Assembly: GCF_963921235.1 (NCBI RefSeq)
Contig: NC_086109.1
Coordinates: 4,280,001 to 4,344,000, forward strand
Length of the DNA: 64,000 nucleotides
DNA from: Mobula hypostoma
Lineage: Eukaryota
Direction of reading: 5' to 3'
Part shown: positions 15,001 through 26,841 of the stretch, in pieces
Position numbering within the stretch: the first letter of the stretch is position 1
How the letters are laid out: each line of letters begins with the position of its first letter
The notes under the pieces: model-generated
Told to the model about the DNA's origin: nothing
Database searches by the model: none
The model's input: only the letters and a program-made list of their open reading frames with translations
Made by a program: the position numbers and the translations under genes

Positions 15001-18000
15001 GAGCAGAGACCCCCATCATCGGGTACAATCGGACCAGAGACACTGCCGCCAGGTACAATCGGATCACAGACCCCGTCACCAGGTGCAGTCGGATCAGAGA
15101 CCCCGTCACCAGGTGCAATCGGATCAGAGATCCCATCACCGGGTGCAGCCGGATCAGAGACCCCATCACCGGGTGCAGTCGTATCAGAGAACCCCATCAC
15201 TGGGTGCAGTCGGAGCAGAGACCCCCATCATCGGGTGCAATCGCATCAGAGACCCCGTCACCGGGTGCAGTCGGAGCATAGACCCCGTCACCGGGTACAA
15301 TCGTATCGGAGACCCTGTGACCGGGTACAGTCGGATCAGACACCCCGTCAGCGGGTATAGTCAGATCAGAGACCCCGTCATCAGGTGTAGTCGGACCAGA
15401 GACCCCGTCATCAGGTGCAGTCAGAGCAGAGACCCCCATCACCGGGTACAATCGTATCGGAGACCCCCATTACCGGGTACGGTCGGAGCAGAGACCCCGT
15501 CACCTGGTACAGTCGGATCAGACACCCCGTCAGCGGGTATAGTCAGATCAGAGACCCCGTCATCAGGTGTAGTCGGACCAGAGACCCCGTCATCAGGTGC
15601 AGTCAGAGCAGAGACCCCCATCACCGGGTACGGTCGGAGTAGAGACCCCGTCACCATGTGCAGTCGAATGAGAGACCCCGTCACCGGGTGCAGTCAAAGC
15701 AGAGACCCTGTGACCGGGTACATTTGGAGCAGAGACACCGTCACCAGGTGCAGTCAGATCAGAGACCCTGTGACCGGATACAGTTGGAGCAGAGACACCA
15801 TCACCGGGTGCAGTCGAATCAGTGACCCTGTGACTGGGTACAGTCAGATCAGAGACCCCGTCACCGGGTGCAGTTGGATCAGAGACCCCGTCACCGGGTG
15901 CAGTCGAATCAGAGACCCTGTGACCGGGTACAGTCGAAGCAGAGACACCTTCACCGGGTACAGTCAGATCAGAGATCCCATCACCGGGTGCAGCCGGATC
16001 AGAGACCCCATCACCGGGTGCAGTCGTATCAGAGAACCCCATCACTGGGTGCAGTCGAAGCAGAGACCCCATCATCGGGTACAATCGCATCAGAGACCCC
16101 GTCACCGGGTGCAGTCGGAGCATAGACCCCGTCACCGGATACAATCGTATCGGAGACCCTGTGACCGGATACAGTCAGATCAGAGACCCCGTCACCGGGT
16201 GCAGTCGGATCAGACACCCCGTCAGCGGGTATAGTCAGATCAGAGAACCCGTCATCAGGTATAGTCGGACCAGAGACCCCGTCATCAGGTGCAGTCAGAG
16301 CAGAGACCCCATCACCGGGTACAACCATATCGGAGACTCCCATTACCGGGTACGGTCGGAGCAGAGACCCCGTCACCAGGTACAGTCGGATCAGACACCC
16401 CGTCAGCGGGTATAGTCAGATCAGAGACCCCGTCATCAGGTGTAGTCGGACCAGAGACCCCGTCATCAGGTGCAGTCAGAGCAGAGACCCCCATCACCGG
16501 GTATGGTCGGAGTAGAGACCCCATCACCATGTGCAGTCGAATCAGAGACCCCGTCACCGGGTGCAGTCGAAGCAGAGACCCTGTGACCGGGTACATTTGG
16601 AGCAGAGACACCGTCACCAGGTGCAGTCGGATCAGAGACCCTGTGACCGGATACAGTTGGAGCAGAGACACCGTCACCGGGTGCAGTCGAATCAGTGACC
16701 CTGTGACTGGGTACAGTCAGATCAGAGACCCCGTCACCGGGTGCAGTTGGATCAGAGACCTCGTCACCGGGTGCAGTCGAATCAGAGACCCTGTGACCGG
16801 GTACAGTCAGATCAGAGACCCTGTCACCGGGTGCATTCGGATCAGAGACCCCGTCACACAGTGCAATCGGAGCACAGACCCCGATCATCGGGTACAATCT
16901 GACCAGAGACCCCGTCATCAGGTGCAATTGGAGCAGAGACCTGTCACAGGGTGCAGTCAGATCGGAGACCCCGTCACTGGGTGCAGTCGGAGCATAGACC
17001 CCATCACCGGGTGCAATCAGATCAGAGACCCCCATCATTGGGTGCTGTCACTTCAGAGACCCCCATCACCGAGTACTGTCAGAGCAGAGACCCCGTCACC
17101 AGGTGCAGTCGAATCAGAGACCCCGACACCGGGTGCAGTCGAATCAGAGACCCTGTGACCGGGTACAGTCGAAGCAGAGACACCTTCACCGGGTACAGTC
17201 AGATCAGAGACCCCATCACCGGGTGCAGTCGGATCACAGACCCCGTCACCAGGTGTAGTCGGATCAGATACCCCGTCATCAGGTGCAGTCGGATCAGAGA
17301 CCCCGGCACCGGGTACAATCGTATCAGAGACCCCCATTACCGGGTACGGTCGGAGCAGAGACCCCATCATCAGGTGCAGTCGGATCAGAGACCCCGGCAC
17401 CGGGTACAGTCAGATCAGAGATACCGTCATCAAGTGTAGTCGGACCAGAGACCCCGTCATCAGGTGCAGTCGGAGCAGAGACCTCGGCACCACGTGCAAT
17501 CTGATCAGAGACCGTGTCACTAGGTACAGTCTGATCAGCGACCCCCATCACCGGGAGCATTCGGATCGGAGACCCCGACACTGGGTACAATCGGATCAGA
17601 GACCCCCATCATCGGGTACAGTCAGATCAGAGACCCCCAACACCGGGTACGGTCGGAGCAGAGACCCCATCACCAGGTGCAGTTGGATCAGAGACCCTGT
17701 ACCGGGTACAGTTGGAGCAGACACACCGTCACCGGGTGCAGTCGGATCAGAGACCCTGTGACCGGACACAGTTGGAGCAGAGACACCGTCACCGGGTGCA
17801 GTCAAATCAGAGACACTGTGACCGGGTACAGTCAGATCAGTGACCCCGTCACTGGGTGCAATCGGACCAGAGACCCCGTCACCGGGTGCAATCGGATCAG
17901 AGACCCTGTGACCGGGTGCATTCGGATCAGAAACGCCGTCACCGGGTGCAGTCGGATTAGAGACCCCCATCACCAAGTGCAATTTGAGCAGAGACCCCGT

Positions 18001-20215
18001 CCCCAGGTGCAATCGGAGCAGTGACCCCGTCACCGCGTGCAATCCAATCAGAGACCCCGTCACCGGCTGCAGTTGGATCAGAGACCCCGTCACGGGGTGC
18101 AATCGGAGCACAGATCCCCATCATCAGGTACAATCTGACCAGAGACCCCGTCATTAGGTGCAGTCGGAGCAGAGACCCCGTCACCGGGTACAATCAGACC
18201 AGAGACCCCGTTACCTGGTACTTTTAGAGCAGAGACACCGTCACCAGGTGCAGTCGGATCAGAGACCCCGTCACCAGGTGCTGTCGAATCAGAGACCCTG
18301 TGACCGGGTACAGTTGGAGTAGAGACCCCGTCACCGGGTACAGTCAGATCAGAGACCCCCATCACCGGGTACGGTCAGAGCAGAGACCCCGTCACCAGGT
18401 GCAGTCGGACCAGAGACCCCGTCACCGGGTGCAATCTGATCAGAGACCGTGTCACTAGGTACAGTCTGATCAGAGACACCGCCACCAAGTACAGTCGGAT
18501 CAGAGGCCCCCGTCACCGGGTGCAGTCGGATCAGAGACCCAGTCACTGGGTGCAATCGGATCCAAGACCCCCATCATCGGGTACAGTCAGATCAGAGACC
18601 CCCTTCACCGGGTGCAGTCGAGCAGAGACCAGTCACCCGGTACAGTTGGAGCAGACACTCTCTCACCGGGTACAGTCAGATCAGAGACCCCGTCACCGGG
18701 TGCAATCGGAGCAGAGACCCCCATCATCGGGTACAATCGGACCAGAGAGCCCGTTTCTGGGTACTGTTGGAGCAGAGACACCATCACCAGGTGCAATCGG
18801 AGCAGAGACCCTGTCACCAGGTGCAGTCGTATCAGAGACCCTGTGACCGGGTACAGCTGGTTCAGAGACACCATCACCGGGTGCAGTCAGATCAGAGACC
18901 CTGTCACCGGGTACAGTTGGAGGAGAGACACCGTCGCCAGGTATAGTCGGATCAGAGACCCCGTCACCAGGTGCAGTTGGATCAGAGACCCCATCACCAG
19001 GTGTAGTCCAATCAGAGACCCTGTCACCGGGTGCAGTCGGAGCACAGACCCCGTCACCGGGTACAATCGTATCAGAGACTCCCATCACCGGGTACGGTCG
19101 GAGCAGAGACCCCGTCACCGGGTACAGTCAGATCAGAGACCCCGTCATCAGGTGTAGTCAGACCAGAGACCCCCGTCACCGGGTGCAGTCGGATCAGAGA
19201 CCCCGTCACTGGGTGCAATCGGATCAGAGACCCCCATCATCGGGTACAGTCAGATCAGAGACCCCCTTCACGGGGTGCAGTCAAGCAGAGACCCGTCACC
19301 TGGTACAGTTGGAGCAGAGACCCCCATCGTCGGGTACAATCGGACCAGAGACCCCGTCACCGGGTACTTTTGGAGCAGAGACACCGCCACCAGGTGCAAT
19401 CGGAGCAGAGACCCCGACACCGGGTGCAGTCAAATCAGAGACCCAGTCACCGGGTGCAGTCGAATCAGAGACCCTGTGACCGGGTACAGTTGGAGCAGAG
19501 ACACCGTCACTGGGTGCAGTCAAATCAGAGACCCAGTCACCGGGTGCAGTCGAATCAGAGACCCTGTGACCGGGTACAGTTGGAGCAGAGATACCGTCAC
19601 CAGGTGCAGTCGAATCAGAGACCCTGTGACGGGGTACAGTCAGATCAGAGACTCCGTCACCGGGTGCAGTTGGATCAGAGACCCAGTCACTGGGTGCAGT
19701 CGGATCAGAGACACCGTCACCGGGTGCAATTTGAGCAAAGACCCCACCACTACAATCAGAGCAGAAACTCCGTCACTAGGTGCAATTGAATCAGAGACCC
19801 CGTCACCACGTAGAGTCGGATCAGAGACCCCCATCACCAAGTGCAATTTGAGCAGAGACCCCGTCCCCAGGTGCAATCGGAGCAGTGACCCTGTCACCAG
19901 GTGCAATCAGATCAGAGACCCCCGCCACCATATACATTCAGATCAGAGACCTTGTCACTAGGTGCAGTCGGATCAGAGACCCCCGTCACCGGGTGGAATC
20001 GGAGTACAGACCCCGTCACCATATACATTCAGAGCAGAGACCCCGTCACTGTGTTCAATCGATTCAGAGACCCCGTCACCGGGTACAGTCGGACCAGAGA
20101 CCCCGTCACCGGGTACAGTCGGACCAGAGACCCCGTCATCGGGTGCAATCGGAGGAGAGACTCCGTCACTGAGTACAATCAGATCAGAGACACCGTCACT
20201 GGGTGCAGTCGGAGC
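1..20215. repeat. 30-bp tandem satellite, consensus ~GTCACCGGGTGCAGTCGGATCAGAGACCCC; about 670 units; runs off the left edge of the window
   Basis: The GAGACCCC/GTCACC motif recurs every 30 bp, with some 29/31-bp units. Every ORF here translates to a 10-aa periodic peptide and shifts frame repeatedly. Confidence 0.98.
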
Positions 20216-20219
20216 CAGT

Positions 20220-20255
20220 ACACACACACACACAGACACACACACACACACACAC
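20220..20255. repeat. (CA)n microsatellite closing the satellite
   Basis: Directly visible in the sequence. Confidence 0.95.
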
Positions 20256-20257
20256 TG

Positions 20258-20390
20258 ACATAGCAATTTACCACGAACAATTAACCCACCAACCTGTTCT
20301 TCTTTGGGGTGTTGGAGGAAAGTCAGGCACTGACAGGAGAACGCAAAAAGAACACAAGACCACAGCCGAGTAAGGTCGGAGTAGTGAGCC
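20258..20390 (-). mobile_element. Degenerate V-SINE fragment
   Basis: TTGGAGGAAAGTCAGGCAC...AGGAGAACGCAAA resembles the reverse V-domain seen in the better copies at 29850 and 41405. Confidence 0.5.
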
Positions 20391-20604
20391 CATTTTGGAT
20401 CAGTATAAAACTCTCTGGTTAGACTATTACTTGGGAGTATTACATTAGGTCTGGTCAGCTCATTACCGGAAGGATCTGGGGCTTCAGAGAGGTGCTGGTG
20501 AGGTTCACCATGATGTGCCTGGATTAGACGGTATGAACTATCGGGAGAGTTTGGACGAACTGGGGTTGTTAACTCTGGAGTATCGGAAGCTGAAGAGAAA
20601 TATG

Positions 20605-21368
20605 TATCCACCCCTTTGTCAGTCAGTAAAGCCTATGGACCCCTTTGTCAGTCAGTGAAGCCTATGGATCCCTTTGTCAGTCCGATGAAGCCTATGGATC
20701 CCTTTGTCAGTCTGGTGAAGCCTATGGACCCCATTTCAGTCCGTGAAGCCTATGGATCCCTTTGTCAGTCCGATGAAGCCTATGGATCCTTTTGTCAGTC
20801 CGGTGAAGCCTATGGATCCTTTCTCAGTCAGTGAAGCCTATGGACCCTTTGGCAGTCCAGTGAAGCCTATGGATCCCTTTGTCAGTACGATGAAGCTTAT
20901 GGACTCCTTTGTCAGTCCGATGAAACTTATGGACCCTTTGTCAGTCCGGTGAAGCCTATGAATCCCTTTGTCAGAATAACAATATAAAATATATCAGAAT
21001 ATCAGTATAAAATAAAATACCTACGACTACAAAAGAAAGCAATTATATTGAATCATAGTTATCAAAATAGTTTAAAAAACAAATTTGTGATCTAGTAATA
21101 TATGTTATTCTTCATTAACACATTAAATAACAAGTTTATACAATTTAAAATTAAATTTTATTTTTAAAGGCATGTCAGTGTGAGAGCTGTTGTTGCTTAG
21201 CTTGAATAGAACATTCAGCTGTGGGGTGGTGTTTCACAAAGCAACACACACGTCCTGTTGGATGTCCAATCGATCTTGATTATTTGTTTTAATGGTTACA
21301 CGTTGATAATCCTGATTCACAAATGGACCCACTGGAATGTATCCATGGACCCCAGGTTAAGAACCCCT
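20605..21368. mobile_element. Non-autonomous hAT (Charlie-type) DNA element, left end lost
   Basis: The right end CCATGGACCCCAGGTTAAGAACCCCT resembles the termini of the short MITEs at 52697, 54268 and 60246. The interior is AT-rich. Family name is from recall. Confidence 0.6.
20611..20975. repeat. Second ~30-bp tandem array, (GTGAAGCCTATGGATCCCTTTGTCAGTCCG) x ~12
   Basis: CCTATGGA recurs at 20661, 20691, 20721 and onward. The ORFs read PMDPFVSPMK repeats. Confidence 0.95.
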
Positions 21369-21458
21369 ATCAAAGAGGTTAACAAAATTAGGAGATTCAT
21401 AGATAGGGTAGATAGAGTTTTTATACCAAGCTGGAAATGTCAAATACTAGAGAGCATA

Positions 21459-22472
21459 GAGACTATAAGAACATAAGGCATAGGAGCAGAATTAGGCCAC
21501 TTGGCCAATCAAGTCTGCTCCACCATTCCATCATGGCTGATTTATTATCCCTCTCAACTCCATTCTCCTGCCTTCTCCCTACTAATCAAGACCTCAGTGT
21601 CAACCTCCGCTTTAAGTATACCCAATGTCTTAGCCTCCACAGCCATCTGTGGCAACAAGTTCCACACATTCACCACCCTCTGGATAAAGAAATTCTGCCT
21701 CATCTCTGTTCTTAATGGACATACCTCTCCTCTGAGGCTGTGCCCTCTGGTCCTAGACTCTCCTGCCGTAGGGAACATCCTCTTCATATCCGTTCTATCT
21801 AGGACTTCCATTATTCAATAAGATTCCATGAGATCCCTCTTCATTTTTCTAAATTCCACCCCTTGTTGAACTTGGATTGGTGGCTGCCTTTGGTCACAGG
21901 TCAGTGCTAGAACACAGATTTGTCAAGTTAATCTCTTCCTGAGGATGTCAAAAACTGTTTTCAAAATCCAGTTTGCTGTTTCCAAAAGTTCTTGTTCCAA
22001 ACGTTCCAAGAATTTACACAAGCAAATACTTTACACGTCCCCACGGCAGAGGTTTAGAAACAGACTTTCCTGTTCCTTCATGAAAAGGAAGCCCATTCTG
22101 AAATGTCACCAGTTCTTCAGCTGACAAATGTCTTATAAAGCCTCAGCATTATATCCTTGCTCTTAAATTCTAGTCCTCTCAGAATAAATGCTAACATTTC
22201 ATTTGCCTACCTTACCAACAACCCAACCTGCAAATTAACCTTTTAGAAAATCCTGCATGAGGACTCCCAAGTCCCTTTGCACCTCTGATTTTTGAATTTT
22301 CTCCCCATTTAGAAAATAGTCTACACTTTTATTCCTTCAAGCAAAGTGCGTGACCATCACTTCCCTACATTTCTTTGCCCGTCCTCCCAATCTGACCAAT
22401 TCTCTCTGCAGGCTCCCTGCTTCTTCAATACTGCATGCTCCTCCACCTATCTTTGTATCATCTGCGAAATTG
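21459..22472 (-). mobile_element. CR1 LINE 3' fragments (21459-21860 and 22135-22472)
   Basis: CATAAG-type tail followed by ATAGGAGCAGAATTAGGCCA. The minus ORF reads RTRGHSL..RQNFFIQRVVNVWNLLPQ, the CR1 ORF2 C-terminus. Confidence 0.85.
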
Positions 22473-22754
22473 TCCCTATGGTCCTGAGATCACCAACTTC
22501 ATCCCATACAATGGGTGCATTGAAATTTAACACTTGTATTCCTGGACATATCACCCTTTTCCGTTGTGTCCCCATGTTGTGCTTCAACTCATCCCACTGA
22601 CTGCAATTTTGTCCTATCATCTGCCAGTCCTTCCTCACAGTCTCACTGCATCGACCTGTATTCCAGACCAGCAGCTTCAGCCAACCTCTTCTGTTCCCAT
22701 CCCTCTCCCCAACAACTGGAACAAACCTACCCGCAAGGATATTGGTCCCATACT

Positions 22755-23085
22755 CTCCTTATTTAGTCACCAAGTATGGATGGGGTCAAGGAGAGAGAAG
22801 GGTGTCCTGGTAAACTTGGTCTTGGGGCTGGCAAAGATAACTATCCATAGTGCACAGCAGAGCCCGGCAATGTCCATACCTGGGTAACCTTGGAGATGGA
22901 ATGCACCGTGTTCATTGGTACCATGGAGGTGTTTCGGAAATGTTGGGCACAGCAGGGGATAAGTGTCATTCAAGAGTGGGATGAGACTGTTTTAATTTAG
23001 CATGTATTAATCACTGCATTGTCTCTGTTCTGTTGTATTACTGTAGAATTGTAAGTTTGCAATAAACATATTTTTATAATAAAAA
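22755..23085 (+). mobile_element. Tx1/L1-clade LINE 3' fragment
   Basis: Translation VLVNLVLGLAKITIHS resembles the Tx1 ORF2 C-terminus. It is followed by an AT-rich UTR with AATAAA at 23061 and an A-rich end. Confidence 0.6.
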
Positions 23086-23299
23086 TGACGTGTGCCAGTC
23101 TGCACAGACGCCCGTACCCCAGAGACATTCACCGGATTAAGAAGTCATATTCAGCAAGTGCCAGAGCTGCCTTGGCCATAGAATGAAAAATTGTCCCAGT
23201 GAATGTTTTTAAATTTTGAATGAGCATGTTCGAAAGTACTGTAGGTCTAAAGAAAGTTAAATGATTTAACCTGTGTTGAAGCATGTCCAATATCTACCA

Positions 23300-23909
23300 T
23301 CACACACAAAAAATGCTAGTGAACACAGCAGGCCAGGCAGCATCTATAGGAAGAGGTACAGTCGACGTTTCGAGCCGAGACCCTTCACCAGGACGAACTG
23401 AAAGAAGAGATAGTAAGAGATTTAAAAGTGGGAAGGGGAGGGGGAGATCCGAAATGATAGGAGAAGACAGGATGGGGAGAGATGGAGCCAAGAGCTGGAC
23501 AGGTGATTGGCAAAAGGGATACAAGGCTGGAGAAGGGAGCAGATCATGGGAGGGGAGGCCTGGGGAGAAAGAAAGGGGGGGAGCCCAGAGGATGGGCAAG
23601 GAGTTATAGTGAGAGGGACAGAGGGAGAAAAAGGAGAGAGAGGAAAAAAAGCGAAAAAATCATCATCATCATAAATAAATAACGGATGGGGTACGAGGGG
23701 GAGGTGGGGCATTAGCGGAAGTTAGAGAAGTCAATGTTCATGCCATCAGGTTGGAAGCTACCCAGACGGAATATAAGGTGTTGTTCCTCCAACCTGAGTG
23801 TGGCTTCATCTTGACAGTAGAGGAGGCCATGGATAGACATGTCAGAATGGGAATGGGACGATTAAAATGTGTGGCCACTGGGAGATCCTGCTTTCTCTGG
23901 CGGACAGAG
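23300..23909 (-). mobile_element. Penelope-like element 3' unit (GIY-YIG C-terminus + pLTR) with 13-bp TSD
   Basis: Minus-strand translation includes RQRKQDLPVATHFN. TSD CCAATATCTACCA lies at 23287-23299 and 23910-23922. Confidence 0.9.
23361..23394 (-). ncRNA. Minimal hammerhead ribozyme motif, core mutated (CUGGUGA)
   Basis: Reverse complement reads gtc-CTGGTGA-agggtctcggctc-GAAAC-GTC-gac. Confidence 0.55.
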
Positions 23910-24289
23910 CCAATATCTACCACATGGTGGCAGCAAACACCATGCTCGGCTTCCTGTTTTTGACCATCGATAATGGTTTATTACTAACAGGTTATTTATC
24001 ACTGGCTTTTGTCGTGAAATTTGTTTTTTTGTGGCATTAGTACAGTGCAATACAGTGAAAAACTATAAATTATAATAAATATTTAACAGTAAATTAAATA
24101 GGTACAAGTATAAAGATAAATGCATATGAGTAAATTAAATAAGTTATACAAAAAATAGTGAGGGAGTTTTCATGGGTTCAATGTCCATTCAGAAATCTGA
24201 TGGTAGAGGGAAGAAGCTGATCCTAAGACGTGTGTGCCTTCAGATTCCTGTACCTCTTCCCTGATGGTTGCAGTGTGAAGTATGCATGT

Positions 24290-24775
24290 TTTGAGGACCT
24301 GAGTTAGAGGGGAAGATTAAATAGGTGAGGACTTTTTCCCCAGAATGGTCAGAGATTGAAGGAGATTTGATAGAGGTATACAAAATTATGAGGAGTATAG
24401 ATAGGGTAAATTCAAGCAGGCTTTTCCGACAGAGGTTGGGTGAGACTAGACCTACTCTCAGTTCTAGACAAGAACTAGAACTAGATCATAGGTTAAGGGG
24501 GAAAGGTGAAATGATGTAGGGGAACGTGGAGGGAATTTACTTGCTCAGAAGGTGGTGTGAGTGTGGATCATGCTGACTGTGCAAGTGCTGGATGTGGGGT
24601 CAATTTCAATGTTTAAGAGAAGCTTAGATAGGTACATGCATGGTAGGGGAATGGAAGGCTCTAGTCTGGGTGCAGGTCGATGGGAGCAGGCAGATTAAAT
24701 GGTTTGGCACAGACTAAATGAGCCAAAGGGCCTGTTTCTATGTAATATAGTAATATCCTATGGCTTTATGATTCT
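24290..24775 (+). mobile_element. CR1 LINE 3' fragment
   Basis: Translation GDLIEVYKIMRSIDRVN; 3' UTR ends in AAGGGCCTGTTTCT. Confidence 0.85.
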
Positions 24776-24900
24776 AATAGGGTGCAAAGCTATAATGAAG
24801 TAGCTTGTGAGGTTAAGAGTCCATCTTGTCTTACAAGAGGTCCATGCAAGAGTCTGATAACAACACGAGAAAGCTGTCCTTAAGCCTGTTGACGTATGCT

Positions 24901-25471
24901 GTCTGCCAGAGAAAGCAGGATCTCACAGCAGCCGCACATTTTAATTCCACATCTCATTCCCATTCTGATATGTCTATCCACGGCCTCCCCTACCGTAAAG
25001 ATGAAGCCGCACTCAGGTTGGAGGAAACACACCTTATATTCCGTCTGGGTAGCCTCCAACCTGATGGCATGAACATTGACTTCTCAAACTTCCGCTAATG
25101 CCCCACCTCCCCTTCGTACCCCATCCCTTATTTATTTATATACACACATTCTTTTTCTCTCCTTTTTCTCCCTCTGTCCATCTCACTATACCCCTTGCCC
25201 ATCCTCTGGGCTTCCCCCCTCCCCCTTTCTTTCCATCCCATGATCCTCTCATATTCCTTTTGCCAATCACCTGTCCAGCTCTTGGCTCCATCCCTCCCCC
25301 TCCTGTCTTCTCCTATCATTTCTGATCTCCCTCTCCCCCTCCCACTTTCAAATCTATTACTAGCTCTTCCTTCAGTTAGTCCTGACGAAGGGTCTCGGCC
25401 TGAAACGTCGACTGTACCTCTTCCTAGAGATGCTGCCTGGCCTGCTGCGTTCACCAGCAACTTTTATGTAG
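24901..25471 (+). mobile_element. Penelope-like element 3' unit with 29-bp flanking duplication
   Basis: Translation HFNSTSHSHSDMSIHGL..RLEETHLIFRLGSLQPDGMNIDFSNFR. AGCTGTCCTTAAGCCTGTTGAYGTATGCT occurs at 24872-24900 and 25472-25500. Confidence 0.9.
25378..25413 (+). ncRNA. Minimal hammerhead ribozyme motif, intact core
   Basis: agtc-CTGACGA-agggtctcggcct-GAAAC-GTC-gact: stem I agtc/gact, CUGANGA and GAAA boxes, and a GUC cleavage triplet. Confidence 0.75.
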
Positions 25472-26072
25472 AGCTGTCCTTAAGCCTGTTGATGTATGCT
25501 TTCCATCTTTTGTATCTTCTGCCTGATGGGAGAGGGGAGAAGAGAGTGCCTGTGGCAGGTGGGAATGCTAGATATGCTGGCCGCTTTAACGAGGCAGTAA
25601 AAAGTGTAGACAGAGTCCATAGAGGGGAAACAATGAAATAAAAGTGCAAAAGAGGGACTATTGAGGTCCATCTCTAAGATCATGGACCATTTAGAAATCA
25701 GATGGCAAAGGAGAAGGAGCTGTTCCTAAAACATTGGAAATGGTTGTCAATGAGGAGGAGACGTATTACTATACAAGGCTTTCCCCCATCCATGACCTAC
25801 CAACAGGTGGAGATGTTAGAATATCCATTTGCAAGGATTCCCATGCTACCTGGCCAAGATGAGCTGGTAAACTATTCCCCTGTAAAATAAGGCCCTCCGC
25901 TGGTCGGAGTCGACCATGAATGGTGCATCCTTGTGATCTGCTTGGTACACAAGTAACTGTGCAGGCGAGGGCAGTATGATACAGATAGCAAGCTATGGTG
26001 CTGATGGACTGCTTTCTGTTCTGTGCTGTCAAAGATTCTGCAGCCCAGTTGTGATGACATTCAACCGAAACC

Positions 26073-26340
26073 ATAACCCTAATGCAGCACTAACCCAAAT
26101 ACAAACCGAACCCTAATACAACCCTAACCCTAATACAACCCTAACTCTAATACAACACTAACCCTAATACAACCTTAACCCTAATACAACCCTAACTCTA
26201 ATACAACCGGAACACAACCCTAACCCAAATTCAACCCTAACTCTAATACAACACTAACTCTAATACAACCCGAACACAACCCTAACCCAAATTCATCCCT
26301 AACCCAAGTTCAACCCTAACTCTAATACAACACTAACCCT
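26073..26340. repeat. Interstitial telomere-like minisatellite (~17-bp AACCCTAACYCTAATAC units built on CCCTAA)
   Basis: Directly visible. A further AACCCTAACTCTAAT occurs at 26842-26856. Confidence 0.9.
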
Positions 26341-26841
26341 GTGTACATACATCTATTGATGCTTCTGGACACATCTTCAGTGATGTTCCTGGAATCATCG
26401 GGTGTTTCGTGTCTTTCAACATCATACAGCCTCCTCCAGGTGACCCAGCCGGGGCTGATCAGACCCCAGCTTGTGTCCAGACGGCTAACTACTTATGACT
26501 CCATGGCTCCCCTCTTTTGAGCCACAGCCATCTTGAGGCCCTCTCTGCCGCATCGGTGGACTGCGGATGGCTCTCCTCTTCCTCTGTCCCTCGATGCCCA
26601 AAATACTGAAGGCTCTAACTAAGGAACAGGCTACGAATCCCCTACAACCAACCTCCACTGGGAGACACCTTGCTCTCCATCCAGCCTGCTGACAGTTGCT
26701 GACCAGTCCTGCGTACTTGGAGAGCTTCCTTTCAAAGGCCTCTTCCAAGCGATCTTCCCATGGGACTGTCAGCTCCAGCAGCACCACTTGCTTAGTAGAC
26801 TCAGACACCAGGACAATGTCTGGTCGCAGGGAGGTGGCTGC
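26341..26841 (-). mobile_element. 5'-truncated non-LTR retrotransposon with restriction-like endonuclease (Hero-like)
   Basis: Translation LRPDIVLVSESTKQVVLLELTVPWEDRLEEAFERKLSKY..PVEVGCRGF carries the PD-(D/E)xK-type RLE signature (RPD..ELTVPWE..K..KY). A 3' UTR follows. Confidence 0.88.

Larger units (their letters stand above)
20475..21455 (+). mobile_element. Old CR1 3' fragment split by a DNA transposon (pieces ~20475-20600 and ~21370-21455)
   Basis: AGGTTCACCATGATG..CCTGGATTAG..CTCTGGAG continues after the insert as AGAGGTTAACAAAATT..ATAGATAGGGTAGATAG..TACTAGAGAGCATAG, collinear with other CR1 copies in the window. Confidence 0.6.

Noticed and set aside
1..20215. Giant mucin-like CDS (VSDPTAPGDG / GSETPSPGAV repeats)
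   Set aside because: No frame is maintained: 29/31-bp units shift frame every few hundred bp and several frames look equally open. No splice or start context was found.
1..20975. CRISPR array
   Set aside because: The units are head-to-tail with no unique spacers, there are no cas genes, and the DNA is vertebrate.
23300..25471. Single large transposon with ~600-bp TIRs
   Set aside because: Each arm has its own distinct target duplication, so these are independent insertions.
26395..26440. Hammerhead in the Hero-like 3' UTR (minus strand ..TGATGTTGAAAGACACGAAAC..)
   Set aside because: It lacks the CUGANGA core and convincing stems.
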